Shown here: positions 40,775 to 54,958 of the stretch, one piece after another
How the letters are laid out: the number at the start of each line of letters is the position of its first letter
How positions within the stretch are numbered: the first letter of the stretch is position 1
Assembly (NCBI GenBank): GCA_049513915.1
Contig: JBEKVN010000013.1
Span: 1,655 to 65,654 of the forward strand
Origin: Candidatus Aminicenantales bacterium
GTDB lineage: Bacteria > Acidobacteriota > Aminicenantia > Aminicenantales > Saccharicenantaceae
Direction: 5' to 3'
DNA: 64,000 bases
Notes under the pieces: model-generated
The model's database searches: none
What the model was told of the DNA's origin: nothing
Seen by the model: only the letters and a program-made list of their open reading frames with translations
Position numbers and translations under genes: made by a program

Positions 40775-41302
40775 TCACAGCTCCTCGAGCGTGATCTGCT
40801 GATTGGTGTAAACACAGATATCGGCGCTGATTTTCAGGGCCTCGAGGGCGATCTCCCGGGCGGGAAGGTCCGTATGCTTGAGGAGGGCCCGGGCCCCGGC
40901 CAGGGCGAAGGCCCCGCCCGAGCCGATGGCGATAATGCCGTCGTCCGGCTCGACCACATCCCCCGTCCCGGAGATGAGAAAGGTCGTCTCCTTATCGGCC
41001 ACGACGAGCAGGGCGTCAAGCTGGCGGAGCGATTTTTCGAGGCGCCAGTCCTTGGCCAGTTCGATGGCCGCCCGGGAGAGGTTGCCGCGGTACTCCTCGA
41101 GCTTGATCTCAAACCGGGCGAAAAGGGCGAAGGCGTCCGAGGTCGCGCCGGCGAATCCCGCCAGCACGTCGCCCTTGTGGAGACGCCTGATTTTCTGGGC
41201 CGTCTTCTTGAGGATGGTCTGGCCCATGGTGACTTGCCCGTCCGCGGCCATGGCGACTCTCCCCTTATGGCGGACACAGATGACGGTTGTGGATCGGATC
41301 AT
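40775..41302 (-). CDS. hslV: ATP-dependent protease subunit HslV
   Basis: TTVICVR, DGQVT, GFAG, AIGSGG, ICVYTN. Confidence 0.97.
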   Translation of the reverse strand: MIRSTTVICVRHKGRVAMAADGQVTMGQTILKKTAQKIRRLHKGDVLAGFAGATSDAFALFARFEIKLEEYRGNLSRAAIELAKDWRLEKSLRQLDALLVVADKETTFLISGTGDVVEPDDGIIAIGSGGAFALAGARALLKHTDLPAREIALEALKISADICVYTNQQITLEEL

Positions 41303-41355
41303 CGCGTCTCCTTGTAAGCGCTTTCATCATAATGGATGGAGGCGTATAAGTAAAG

Positions 41356-41578
41356 GTCGGCCGGGTCCTGTTCGGGGGGGTGCCGAAGCCACCCTTATCC
41401 CCCGCACCCCGGGAACCAGTTTTGTCGGTTCCCCCCGTCCCGTTCCGTGGCGGAACCGGGCGGGTCCCCCCTCCACTACGGGGTCTTTCGGGTGGCCTCG
41501 GCACCCCCCTGTAGTGTCTTCCTTCCATTCCATCCCCCCAGCCTCTTTCCGGGCCGGCATTCGTGTTTGACCCCGGCC
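41356..41578. repeat. Structured intergenic repeat, module beta, copy 2
   Basis: Core shared with 2068-2211. Outer ends ggccgggtc / gaccccggcc. Confidence 0.9.
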
Positions 41579-41633
41579 GCCCGTTGAATTAAGATACCGA
41601 TAACTTGCGACCGGTATACGGAGGGAGCGGCTC

Positions 41634-45747
<4,114 letters not shown>

Positions 45748-45877
45748 CCCCGGGGGGCGACGCCCCCCTGCCCTGCCCTTTCAGGAAACCAAATCCCCCC
45801 CCGACGCGTAATAATCTAAGGGTTTGAAATTTTTCATGCATCTTGCTATTGTTAATGAAAGACGAGCTTACCCCCAG

Positions 45878-47866
45878 ATGAAATGCCCACGCTGCCGTTT
45901 CGATAACCCGGAAGGCACCCGGTTCTGCGGCTATTGTGGCCTCGAGCTCCAGGGGACGGGCCCCCGGCCTTATTCGGCGACCATGACCTACCAGACTCCG
46001 TCCAAGGGGCTCGAGCGGGGAACGATGTTCGCCCGGCGTTTCGAGATCATCGAGGAAATCGGCCGCGGCGGGATGGGCACGGTCTACAAGGCCTTCGACA
46101 CCAAGATCCGGGAAGTCGTGGTGCTCAAGCTCCTGAAGCCGGAGATCGCCATGGACGCGGAGGTCATCGAGCGCTTCCAGAACGAGGTGAAGCTGGCCCG
46201 GAAGGTCTCCCACCGCCACGTCTGCCGGATGTACGATATGGGCGAAGAAGGCCTGACGTTCTATATTTCCATGGAGTTCGTCCAGGGGGAGGACCTCAAG
46301 AGCTTCATCCGGAGGTCGGGACACCTCAACGAGGCCAAGGCCCTTCTTCTCGGCCGGCAGGTCGCAGAGGGGCTGGCCGAGGCGCACCGCCTGGGGGTCA
46401 TCCACCGGGACCTCAAGCCTCAGAACATCATGATCGACAGGGACGGGAACGCCAAGATCATGGATTTCGGCATCGCCCGTTCCCTCCATGGAAAAGGGAT
46501 GACCGCGACGGGCGTCATCATCGGGACGCCGGAGTACATGTCGCCGGAACAGGCCGAGGCCGGGGACGTCGACAAGCGGAGCGACATCTATTCGCTCGGC
46601 GTCATCCTCTATGAAATGGTCACGGGGCGGGTCCCCTTCGAAGGGGAAACTCCGTTGAGCATCGTTCTCAAGCACAGGGGCGAGCCCCCCCCCGACCCGA
46701 AGGACACGAACGCCCAGATAACGCCCGAGTTCAGCCGGGTGATCCTGAAATGCCTGGAAAAGGACAAGTCCCGGCGATATCAGCAAGCGGAAGATATCCT
46801 GGCCGACTTCGACCGGATGGCCCAGGGCCTGCCTGCGGCCCGCCAGACCACGGCCAAGCGGCAACCCATCACCACCCGGGAGATCACGGTCAAATTCAAT
46901 CTCAGGAAGCTCGTCGTTCCGGGGTTGGCCGTCCTCCTCGCGATCAGCGCCGGTCTCATCATTCTCAAGCCCGGAGCCGGCAGGGGCCCCGCCGGAAGGC
47001 GGGGGACCTTTTTTATTCCGAATCCCCCGGGTCCCGGGGACCAGAAGATCGCCGGGCCGACGGGTCCGGAGACCCTGTCTCAGGCGCCGGCGACGGGTGG
47101 CCCGGGCCAAGCCGCCCCTCAGGGCCGGACAGATTCCGGGGGCATCTGGGCGTTCCTCGAGCCCCTTTATCAGGAATATGCGAAAACCGTCGAGGGCAAG
47201 AACGCTCCCGGCATCGACCAGTTCCTGACGACGGTCAAGGCCAAGCTGCCCCCCGATTCCCCCTTCATCCGTATTGTCGACAAGATCCAGGTCCAAGTCC
47301 AGGAGGGCAAGAAGTTCCAGGCAGCTGGGGACGCCGAAGCGTCCCGGAAGAGCTATACCAAGGGCGAGTCCGAGATGCGGAAACTCCTGGCCCTCGTCAA
47401 CGAGAAGGAGAAGGCGGACCAGGCCAAGGACGAGCTGGACGCCGACAAGAAAAAAGCGGACGAGGCCGCCCTGAAGGCGGGCCCCAACCTCCTGACCTGG
47501 ATCGCGGCCGAGAAGGAGAAGGACGCCCTCGAAAGCTACCAGAAAAACGATTTTGCCGGCGCCAGGATCCTGTACGGCATCCTGGGCAAAGTCTATCTTT
47601 TGAGCGTCCGGGGCGGGGACGAGGCCCAGTGCCTGTCCGCCCTCCAGGGGCTGGTGAAATCGGCCCGGGACGAAGCCGAGACGGCGCGGGCGCCCGTCAA
47701 GCAGGCCTGGCTGTACGGCAGGGCCAAAGGAGACGAGGCCGCCGCGAGCGAACTCGCCCAGCAGAAGGCCTTTCCCGAGGCGGCCGAGCGGTTCATCGTG
47801 GCCGCCTTCCTTTATGAAAAGGCCAAGGAAGTCGCCCTGGAAAGCGCCCAGGCCCCAGGCAAGTGA
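45878..47866 (+). CDS. Hanks-type Ser/Thr protein kinase: zinc ribbon, kinase domain, TM segment, helical extracytoplasmic domain
   Basis: CPRC..FCGYCG, GRGGMG, HRDLKPQN, DFG, GTPEYMSPEQ, DIYSLG. Promoter TTGAAA-17-TATTGT at 45824. Confidence 0.93.
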   Translation: MKCPRCRFDNPEGTRFCGYCGLELQGTGPRPYSATMTYQTPSKGLERGTMFARRFEIIEEIGRGGMGTVYKAFDTKIREVVVLKLLKPEIAMDAEVIERFQNEVKLARKVSHRHVCRMYDMGEEGLTFYISMEFVQGEDLKSFIRRSGHLNEAKALLLGRQVAEGLAEAHRLGVIHRDLKPQNIMIDRDGNAKIMDFGIARSLHGKGMTATGVIIGTPEYMSPEQAEAGDVDKRSDIYSLGVILYEMVTGRVPFEGETPLSIVLKHRGEPPPDPKDTNAQITPEFSRVILKCLEKDKSRRYQQAEDILADFDRMAQGLPAARQTTAKRQPITTREITVKFNLRKLVVPGLAVLLAISAGLIILKPGAGRGPAGRRGTFFIPNPPGPGDQKIAGPTGPETLSQAPATGGPGQAAPQGRTDSGGIWAFLEPLYQEYAKTVEGKNAPGIDQFLTTVKAKLPPDSPFIRIVDKIQVQVQEGKKFQAAGDAEASRKSYTKGESEMRKLLALVNEKEKADQAKDELDADKKKADEAALKAGPNLLTWIAAEKEKDALESYQKNDFAGARILYGILGKVYLLSVRGGDEAQCLSALQGLVKSARDEAETARAPVKQAWLYGRAKGDEAAASELAQQKAFPEAAERFIVAAFLYEKAKEVALESAQAPGK

Positions 47867-48279
47867 AGATCCTCTTCGTCTGTTACGGCAATCTCTGCCG
47901 CAGCCCCATGGCCGCGGGGATCGCCCGGCGGCTCCTGGGAGACGCGACTGAGGTGGCCAGCGCGGGTATCGCGGCGGCCGGCGGCCCGGCGGCTGAGGAC
48001 GCCGTCCTGGTGATGAAAATCCTCTACAAGACCGACATCTCGGATCACGTGGCCAGGAATATCAGCGATTACGACCTCGGATCGTTCGACCACATCATCG
48101 CCATGGACTTTCCCGTCTACTCGCGCCTCCGGGACCTCCGGGTCATTCCCGACGAAAAATTGTACGGCTGGGATATCGAGGACCCGCTCGGACGGGGCTA
48201 CGAAGCCTTCAAGGAAGCCGCCCGGAAAATCGAAATCCGGCTGAAACAGTGGATCGCCCGGACCGGCCTCGAGACCTGA
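47863..48279 (+). CDS. Low-molecular-weight protein-tyrosine-phosphatase family protein
   Basis: CYGNLCRS P-loop, SAG, IIAMD, IEDP. GTGA overlap with the kinase stop. Confidence 0.9.
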   Translation: MKILFVCYGNLCRSPMAAGIARRLLGDATEVASAGIAAAGGPAAEDAVLVMKILYKTDISDHVARNISDYDLGSFDHIIAMDFPVYSRLRDLRVIPDEKLYGWDIEDPLGRGYEAFKEAARKIEIRLKQWIARTGLET

Positions 48280-48303
48280 AACGCCCTCTTTCCCCGCCCT
48301 TGA

Positions 48304-49320
48304 CTAATCCATGATCGCTTCGCACCCCCGAAGCGACGGCACGTTGCTGAAGATGATCTTGAGCACGGCCAGGACCGGAACGGCCAGGATCATGCCCGGG
48401 ATCTGCCAAAGCCAGGCCCCGAAGAACAAGGAGAAGAAGACGAGGAGCGGGCTCAGCCCCAGCCCTTTCCCCATGAGGCGCGGCTCGACGACATTGCCGA
48501 TCAGGAAATTGAGAGCTATCAGGAGCGCGAGGATCGCGATCGCCGTGCCGACCGAGCCGAAGAAGAACGTGGCCAGCAGGACCGGGAGCACCGAGGCGAT
48601 GATGGATCCCAGGGTTGGGATGTAGTTCAGGAAGAACGCCAGGACACCGAACACAACGGCGAAGGGAAGTCCGAACGCGGCCAGGATGACGGCTGTCATG
48701 GCCCCAGTGACGCTGCAGGTGAGGGTCTTGACGGCCAGGTATCTCTGAACCTGCCGGTCGATTTTCACCATCTCCCGGGCCACCGCCGAGGCCTGTCCCG
48801 GCGAAAACGCCTTGGCGATCTTCTTCTCCATCCGCCCCCGGCCGGCGAGAATGAAGATCATGAAGATGAAGACAAGCAGCATTTGGGAAACGAAGGACAC
48901 GAACGGCCCGAGGGCCGAGAGGATGAGGCCGCCCACCTTCTCCGCGTTGATATTGTTGACCCAACCCAGGATTTCGGCCTTCAGCCGCGGGCTGTGAATG
49001 TTCGCTTCGACGCTCGCCGCGAAGGACTTCATCATCTCGTTGTACGAGGGGAGCTCCGAGGCGAAACTCTTGCCGCTCGAATAGAAGAGTGTGCCCATGA
49101 AGAATAGAGCGATGATCGTCAGGAGCAGGAGGGCGACCACGGCGGCGGATTTCGGGATCTTATGGCGGACGAGGAAATCGAGAACGGGCGTCAGCGCGAA
49201 CGACAGGAAAAGCGCCATGCAGAACGGGACGAGGACCGGCTTGGCCATTTTCAGGAAGACTCCCAGAATAAATATGACGATGACGCCGACGCCGACCTTG
49301 AGGAATCTGTCTTTGTCCAT
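48304..49320 (-). CDS. AI-2E family transporter
   Basis: Multi-TM, FFLNYIPTLGS, VEPRLMG..LGLSP, GMILAVP. AGGAGG SD. Confidence 0.9.
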   Translation of the reverse strand: MDKDRFLKVGVGVIVIFILGVFLKMAKPVLVPFCMALFLSFALTPVLDFLVRHKIPKSAAVVALLLLTIIALFFMGTLFYSSGKSFASELPSYNEMMKSFAASVEANIHSPRLKAEILGWVNNINAEKVGGLILSALGPFVSFVSQMLLVFIFMIFILAGRGRMEKKIAKAFSPGQASAVAREMVKIDRQVQRYLAVKTLTCSVTGAMTAVILAAFGLPFAVVFGVLAFFLNYIPTLGSIIASVLPVLLATFFFGSVGTAIAILALLIALNFLIGNVVEPRLMGKGLGLSPLLVFFSLFFGAWLWQIPGMILAVPVLAVLKIIFSNVPSLRGCEAIMD

Positions 49321-49468
49321 CGCTTTCCTCCTGGCGTGTATTTTAGCCAAAACACCGGCAAAAGGGAACGACGAGCTTTCGGGGCGACGGCCAGCCCGGG
49401 TTTGACGCCGGTTTCCGGCCTGTGATATAAGCTCAGCCGCCGGCAGAAACGCCCCGCCCGCGCGAGGA

Positions 49469-51103
49469 ATGAAGCGCCCTCGCGCGCGAGCTGTTCGCAC
49501 GCGAGGACTGAAGCGCCCGGCATGGGAGGCCCCGCTGGAAAACCCGAGCATCCTGAACGACGTCCTGGGGCCGGTGATGCGCGGCCCGTCGAGCTCCCAC
49601 ACCGCGGGTTCCTATCACATCGGGCGAACGGTCCTCGACCTTCTCGGCGAGCGCCCCGTCCGGGCCGCGTTCCGGTTCGACCCGGGCGGTTCATATGCCA
49701 GGACCTTCCGCCAGCAGGGGGTTGATTTGGCCTTGGCGGCCGGGCTCATGGGCTGGCCGGTCACGGGACCGGAATTCCTTACGGCCCTGGCCAAGGCCCA
49801 GAAAAGCGGCCTCCGCATCGTTTTCGAGGTCGCCAAGATCGCCGGCGCCTCCCACCCGAACACGGTCGAAATCCGGCTGGAATCCGGAAGCGGGAAGAAG
49901 CTTTCAGCCACGGCTGAATCGACGGGGGGGGGCTCGTTTCTCATCAGGGCTCTCGACGGATGGCCCGTCCGTCTTGACGGCAAATCCCATATGATCCTGG
50001 TTTGGGGAGACGAGGCCTCTGAGGCTCCGCTGCGCAGGATCGCCGGCCGGCGCCTTCCGCTTCTTGAAAAACCCGCCTGGCTGAAGCGGGGCGCCGGATT
50101 TCTTCTGACGCTCCGCCTCTCCGGGGCGCCGGACGCGGAACTCCTCCGGGAACTCGCCGCGGCCGGAGGGGTCCGGAAGATCAGGACGGCGGCCCCCGTC
50201 TATCACGTCCAAAAAGGCCGGGCCCTTTTCGCGTCGGCGGCGGAGATGCTCCGCCTGGCCGGAAAAAACGGCTGGACGCTCGGACGGACGGCCCTGGCCT
50301 ACGAGGCCGCCCTTCTCGGCGTCCCGGAGAAAACCGTCCGGGAGGAACTGCTCCGCCGTTACCGGCTCATGTGGGAGTCCGTCGACGCCGGCCTCGCGAA
50401 ACGGGGGGTCGCCATGCAGCTTCTGCGGCCGACGGCCCACAAAGTCTGGAAGGCGGAGCAATCGGGCCGGCTCGCGGCCGGAGGCCTCCATGCCCGGGCG
50501 GCGGCCCGGGCGCTCGCGGCCATGCACGTCTCGAACAGCATGGGCGTTGTCTGCGCCGCCCCCACGGGCGGCTCGGCGGGCGTCATTCCCGGAGTCATCG
50601 TCAGTCTGGCCGAGGAGGCGCACATCAGCGGTAACGCCATCGTCCGTTCTCTAGCGGCCGCCGCGGCCGTCGGTCTGATCCTCGCCAAGCGGGCGACGTT
50701 CGCCGCGGAGGTGGCCGGGTGCCAGGTCGAGATCGGAGCGGCGGGCGCCATGGCCGCGGCCGCCGTGGTCGAGGCCGCCGGCGGAACGGCGCGGCAGGCC
50801 GCCGACGCCGCCGCGATCTCCTTCCAGAACACGATGGGCTCGGTCTGCGACCTGGTCCAGGGCATCTGCGAGATTCCCTGCCATACGCGGAATGCCGTGG
50901 CCGCGGCCGCCGCCTTTGTTTGCGCAGACCTGATCCTTGGAGGATACGAGAATCCGGTCCCTCTCGACGAGACGATCGACGCTGTTTTCGAATCGGGACG
51001 CAGGCTTCCGGTCGAGCTCCGCTGCACGGCGCGCGGCGGGCTGGCGCTGGCGCCGTCCGCGCGGCGGCTGCCGAACTTAAGGAAACGGAGGACGGGACGA
51101 TGA
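49469..51103 (+). CDS. sdaA: Fe-S L-serine dehydratase, fused beta-(ACT-like)-alpha form
   Basis: GPVMRGPSSSHTAG, HPNT, STGGG, AAPTGGSAG, GCQVEIG, CDLVQGICEIPC. Confidence 0.88.
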   Translation: MKRPRARAVRTRGLKRPAWEAPLENPSILNDVLGPVMRGPSSSHTAGSYHIGRTVLDLLGERPVRAAFRFDPGGSYARTFRQQGVDLALAAGLMGWPVTGPEFLTALAKAQKSGLRIVFEVAKIAGASHPNTVEIRLESGSGKKLSATAESTGGGSFLIRALDGWPVRLDGKSHMILVWGDEASEAPLRRIAGRRLPLLEKPAWLKRGAGFLLTLRLSGAPDAELLRELAAAGGVRKIRTAAPVYHVQKGRALFASAAEMLRLAGKNGWTLGRTALAYEAALLGVPEKTVREELLRRYRLMWESVDAGLAKRGVAMQLLRPTAHKVWKAEQSGRLAAGGLHARAAARALAAMHVSNSMGVVCAAPTGGSAGVIPGVIVSLAEEAHISGNAIVRSLAAAAAVGLILAKRATFAAEVAGCQVEIGAAGAMAAAAVVEAAGGTARQAADAAAISFQNTMGSVCDLVQGICEIPCHTRNAVAAAAAFVCADLILGGYENPVPLDETIDAVFESGRRLPVELRCTARGGLALAPSARRLPNLRKRRTGR

Positions 51104-52218
51104 GCAAAAACAGATTCAAGGCCGCGACGATGCTGGGCCTTCTCCTCTTCGCCTGGGGCTTTCTCGAGTCCGCGGACCTGAAAAGCCTGGTGAAAGACGT
51201 CTTCCCGATTCCCTCCACGACCGGGAACGAGGAACTGCTGGCCGGCCGGGTCCGGACGATCCTTCCCAAGGGCTTGGCCGTGGAAGACGACGGTCTCGGA
51301 GGCCTCGCGGTCCGCCTGGGCCAGGGGGAGCCCAAGGTCGTGGTCATCGCCGCGCTGGACGGATACGGCTTTTTTGTGAGCGGCATCACGCCCGAAGGGT
51401 ATCTCAGGGTCGACCGGGCCGTGCCTCCCCCGCATGCTCGGTTCGACGGCTACCTTCTCGGCCAGCCGGTCGTCATCTCCACCCGCAACGGTCCCGTCTC
51501 CGGCGTCGTGGCCCAGCCCGCCATGCACCTCCTGACCCCGGAGGTTCGCAAGACCGTGGTCGAAAATTTCGCCCTGGAAAACGCCTACGTGGACATCGGC
51601 GTCCGCTCGGAAAAAGAGGCCCGCGGCAAGGGCGTCGAAATCCTGGATGCGCTGACCTTCTGGCCCCAACTGACCGAACTCGCGGGCGACCGCTGGGCCG
51701 GCCCCTCGCTGGGCATGAAGGCCGTCTGCGCGGCCCTGATTTCGGCGGCCGCGGACTTCGAGAAAAGCCCGGCGGCCGGCGAAACCATCCTCGTCTGGGC
51801 GGCCCAGATGAAGTTCGCCCTTCGCGGCCGGGGGCCCAGGGTCTCGCTCGGAGCGGCGAGGGCCAAGAACCGCTGGCAGCCGCAGAGAACGGTCATCCTG
51901 GACATCGTCGCCGCCGGGAGGGGAGTTTCGGCGCCCGGCCTCGGGAAAGGGCCGGTTCTCATCCAGGCGGAAGACGCTCAGACGCCTCTCCGGCGGGGGC
52001 TCGAAGGGTCGGCGGGAGCCGGCGGCATATCCCTTCAGTATCTGGCAGGACCGGAGATGCCTCTTCTCTCGGCGTTCGGGGACGCGGAAAGCGATGCCGT
52101 GATCCTCGCCCTGCCCGTCCAATTCGCGCACACGCCGTCCGAGATCGTCGACCTCAAGGACCTCCAGGCCCTCCGCGACGTCCTGGACCGGTTCCTGAAG
52201 TCCGGGGGTGAAAAATGA
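51100..52218 (+). CDS. M42 aminopeptidase-like protein with a degenerate active site and a signal peptide
   Basis: PSTTGNEE, ITPEGYLRV, YVDIGVRS..EA...GV, AHTPSEIVDLKD. HxD, DDR and QEE motifs replaced. Confidence 0.85.
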   Translation: MSKNRFKAATMLGLLLFAWGFLESADLKSLVKDVFPIPSTTGNEELLAGRVRTILPKGLAVEDDGLGGLAVRLGQGEPKVVVIAALDGYGFFVSGITPEGYLRVDRAVPPPHARFDGYLLGQPVVISTRNGPVSGVVAQPAMHLLTPEVRKTVVENFALENAYVDIGVRSEKEARGKGVEILDALTFWPQLTELAGDRWAGPSLGMKAVCAALISAAADFEKSPAAGETILVWAAQMKFALRGRGPRVSLGAARAKNRWQPQRTVILDIVAAGRGVSAPGLGKGPVLIQAEDAQTPLRRGLEGSAGAGGISLQYLAGPEMPLLSAFGDAESDAVILALPVQFAHTPSEIVDLKDLQALRDVLDRFLKSGGEK

Positions 52219-53321
52219 ACAAACGGATCATGGCGCTCAGTGTGACAGTCGCCGTTCTTGCCGGCGCCCTCGCGGCCGCCCGGGAAAACCCCCGGGCCTG
52301 GGACATCCTGAGAAAGATCGTCCTCGTTCCCGGGGTCTCCGGGCAGGAGAAACCCGTGGCCGATTTCATCCAGCAGTCCCTCCCCGCACGCCTCAAGGTC
52401 CAGAGGGACGACATGCACAACGTCTGGTTCACGGCCGGGTCGGGCAAGCCTCACATCCTGTTCGTCGCCCATTGCGACGAGCTCGGCTGGACCGTGGACG
52501 CGGTCACACCCGACGGGAAGGTCAAGGTCAAGCCCGGCGGAGGGGTCCTCTCCCAGACCGCCGAAGCCCACGCCGTCCTTATCTATACGGCCAAGGGGCC
52601 GGTCGCGGGAATCATCGCGCCGCGGCCCGGCTATGACGAAAAACGCTCCGAAGGAGCGACCGCCCAGCCGTACACCGCGGCGGACTTCGAGATCGTCCTC
52701 GGCGTCGCCGACGAAAAAGAGGCCCGCGACCTCGGGGTAGCCGAGGGAAACCCAGTCACCATCAAGAAAACGATCGTCGATTTTTCTCCCGGCATGATGG
52801 CGACACGGGCCGTCGACGACCGGGCGGGCTGCGCCGCCCTGCTCGACGCCGCTCTGAGGATGGATTGGGACAAGCTCAAAGGGAAGACCGTGACCTTCGC
52901 CTGGGACGTCCAGGAAGAGACCGGCCTTTTCGGGGCCGCGGCGTTGGCCAAGGTCCTCCAGCCGGACTATGTCTTCGCCATCGACACGTTCGTCTCGTCG
53001 GATTCCCCGCTCGAGTCCAAGCGGTTCGCCTATAGCGTTGTCGGCGGGGGCGCGGTCTTGAGGGCCATCGATTCGAGCAGCGTCGTTCCGAAGTTCGAGC
53101 TCCGCCGGGTCCTCGATATCGCCCGGAGCCGCGGCATCCCCGTCCAGGTCGGGAGCTCGCGCGGCGGCAACGACGGCTCCGTGTTTCTTTCGGCGAAGGC
53201 GGTGGACATTCCCCTCTCCTGGCCGGGGTCCTACGCCCACTCATTCATCGAGAAGATTGACCGTCGCGACCTCGAGGCCCTGACCAACCTCATCCTGGCC
53301 CTCGTCCGCGATTGGAGATGA
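52215..53321 (+). CDS. M42 family (TET-like) metallo-aminopeptidase with a signal peptide
   Basis: PGVSGQE, AHCDE, AVDDRAG, VQEETG, AIDT, YAHS. Confidence 0.9.
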   Translation: MNKRIMALSVTVAVLAGALAAARENPRAWDILRKIVLVPGVSGQEKPVADFIQQSLPARLKVQRDDMHNVWFTAGSGKPHILFVAHCDELGWTVDAVTPDGKVKVKPGGGVLSQTAEAHAVLIYTAKGPVAGIIAPRPGYDEKRSEGATAQPYTAADFEIVLGVADEKEARDLGVAEGNPVTIKKTIVDFSPGMMATRAVDDRAGCAALLDAALRMDWDKLKGKTVTFAWDVQEETGLFGAAALAKVLQPDYVFAIDTFVSSDSPLESKRFAYSVVGGGAVLRAIDSSSVVPKFELRRVLDIARSRGIPVQVGSSRGGNDGSVFLSAKAVDIPLSWPGSYAHSFIEKIDRRDLEALTNLILALVRDWR

Positions 53322-54932
53322 TCAGCCGGCTATTTTTTCGAAGAAATCGTTCCCTTTGTCGTCGACGATGATGAAGGCCGGAAAATCCTTGACGGTGATC
53401 TTGAAAATCGCCTCCATCCCGAGCTCGGGATAAGCCAGGACCTCCTGGCTCGTGATGCAGTCCTTCCCGAGGCGCGCGGCGGGGCCGCCGATCGAGCCGA
53501 GGTAAAATCCGCCGTACGTCCGGCACGATTCCGTCACGGCCTTCGACCGGTTCCCTTTGGCCAGCATGACGAGCGACCCGCCCCTCTTCTGAAAGAGGGA
53601 CACGTAGTCGTCCATGCGGCCGGCCGTCGTCGGCCCGAACGACCCCGACGGGCAGCCGGGGGGCGTTTTGGCAGGGCCGGCATAATAAATGACGTGATCC
53701 CTGAAATAGGCCGGGAGGTCCCCGCCCGCGTCCAGGAGTTCCTTGAGCTTGGCGTGGGCGATGTCCCGCGCGACGACGATGGGCCCGTTAAGACTGAGCC
53801 GCGTCGCCACGGGATGCCGGCTGAGCATCGCCCGGATCTCGCTCATCGGCCGGTTGAGGTCGACGGGCACGGCCGGGGCCTCGACTCCCGAAGGTTCCGG
53901 AAGGTACTTGGCCGGGTCGGTTTCCAGGTGTTCGAGGAAAATGCCGTCGCGTGTGATCTTCCCCTTGACGTTCCGGTCGGCGTTGCAGCTTACGCCGATG
54001 CCGATCGGCAGCGAGGCGCCGTGCCGCGGCAGGCGGATGACGCGGACGTCGAGGCAGAAATATGTCCCGCCGAAGCCCGCCCCCAGCCCGAAGGTCCGGG
54101 AGGCTTCGAGGAGCTTCGCCTCGAGCTCGAGGTCGCGGAACGCGTGTCCGCCCGCCCCGCCCGTCGTCGGCAGGCTGTCCAGCGCGCGGGCCGAGGCCAG
54201 CTTCACCGTCTTGAGGACGAGCTCGGCTGAAGTGCCGCCGACGACGACCGCCACGTGGTAAGGCGGGCAGGCCGCCGTGCCGACCGCCCTGATCTTGCCC
54301 GCGAGAAACTTGGGCAGGGCGTCCGGGTTGAGGACGGCCTTGGTTTCCTGGAAAAGGGTCGTCTTGTTGGCCGAACCGCCGCCCTTGGCGATGAACAGGA
54401 AATGGTATTCGTCGCCGTCCACCGCGGAGATATCGATTTGGGCCGGGAGGTTGGTGCCGGTGTTCTTCTCCTCGTACATCGTGAGGGGGGCGTTCTGTGA
54501 ATAGCGGAAAAAGTTCCGGGTGTACGCGTTGAAAACGCCCCGGGACAGGGCGTCCTCGTCGCCGCCGCCCGTCCAGACCTGCTGGCCCTTCTTGGCATTG
54601 ATGACCGCCGTGCCGGTGTCCTGGCACATCGGGAACACCCCGTCGGCCGAGATCACGGCGTTCTTTAAGAGTTCCAGAGCGACATAGCGGTCGTTGGCCG
54701 AGCTCACCGGATCCTGGAAGATCCCGGCGACCTGCCGGAGGTAGGACGGGCGGAGCAGGAACGCGACGTCGTGAAACGCCCTCTCAGAGAGCAGCGTCAG
54801 GGCCTGCGGGGCGACCTTGACGATGGCCCGGCCCTCGAACGCGGCGGTCGATACGTGATCCCTGCTCAGCTCATCGTATTCGGTCGTGTCCTGCCCGAGG
54901 GGGAACATGGAATGGTGGGAGAACTCCGGCAT
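53322..54932 (-). CDS. fumA: Fumarate hydratase class I
   Basis: [54 protein letters not shown] before MPEFSH. Confidence 0.95.
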   Translation of the reverse strand: MPEFSHHSMFPLGQDTTEYDELSRDHVSTAAFEGRAIVKVAPQALTLLSERAFHDVAFLLRPSYLRQVAGIFQDPVSSANDRYVALELLKNAVISADGVFPMCQDTGTAVINAKKGQQVWTGGGDEDALSRGVFNAYTRNFFRYSQNAPLTMYEEKNTGTNLPAQIDISAVDGDEYHFLFIAKGGGSANKTTLFQETKAVLNPDALPKFLAGKIRAVGTAACPPYHVAVVVGGTSAELVLKTVKLASARALDSLPTTGGAGGHAFRDLELEAKLLEASRTFGLGAGFGGTYFCLDVRVIRLPRHGASLPIGIGVSCNADRNVKGKITRDGIFLEHLETDPAKYLPEPSGVEAPAVPVDLNRPMSEIRAMLSRHPVATRLSLNGPIVVARDIAHAKLKELLDAGGDLPAYFRDHVIYYAGPAKTPPGCPSGSFGPTTAGRMDDYVSLFQKRGGSLVMLAKGNRSKAVTESCRTYGGFYLGSIGGPAARLGKDCITSQEVLAYPELGMEAIFKITVKDFPAFIIVDDKGNDFFEKIAG

Positions 54933-54958
54933 GATGATGCCTCCTCGACTCCCGGGGA

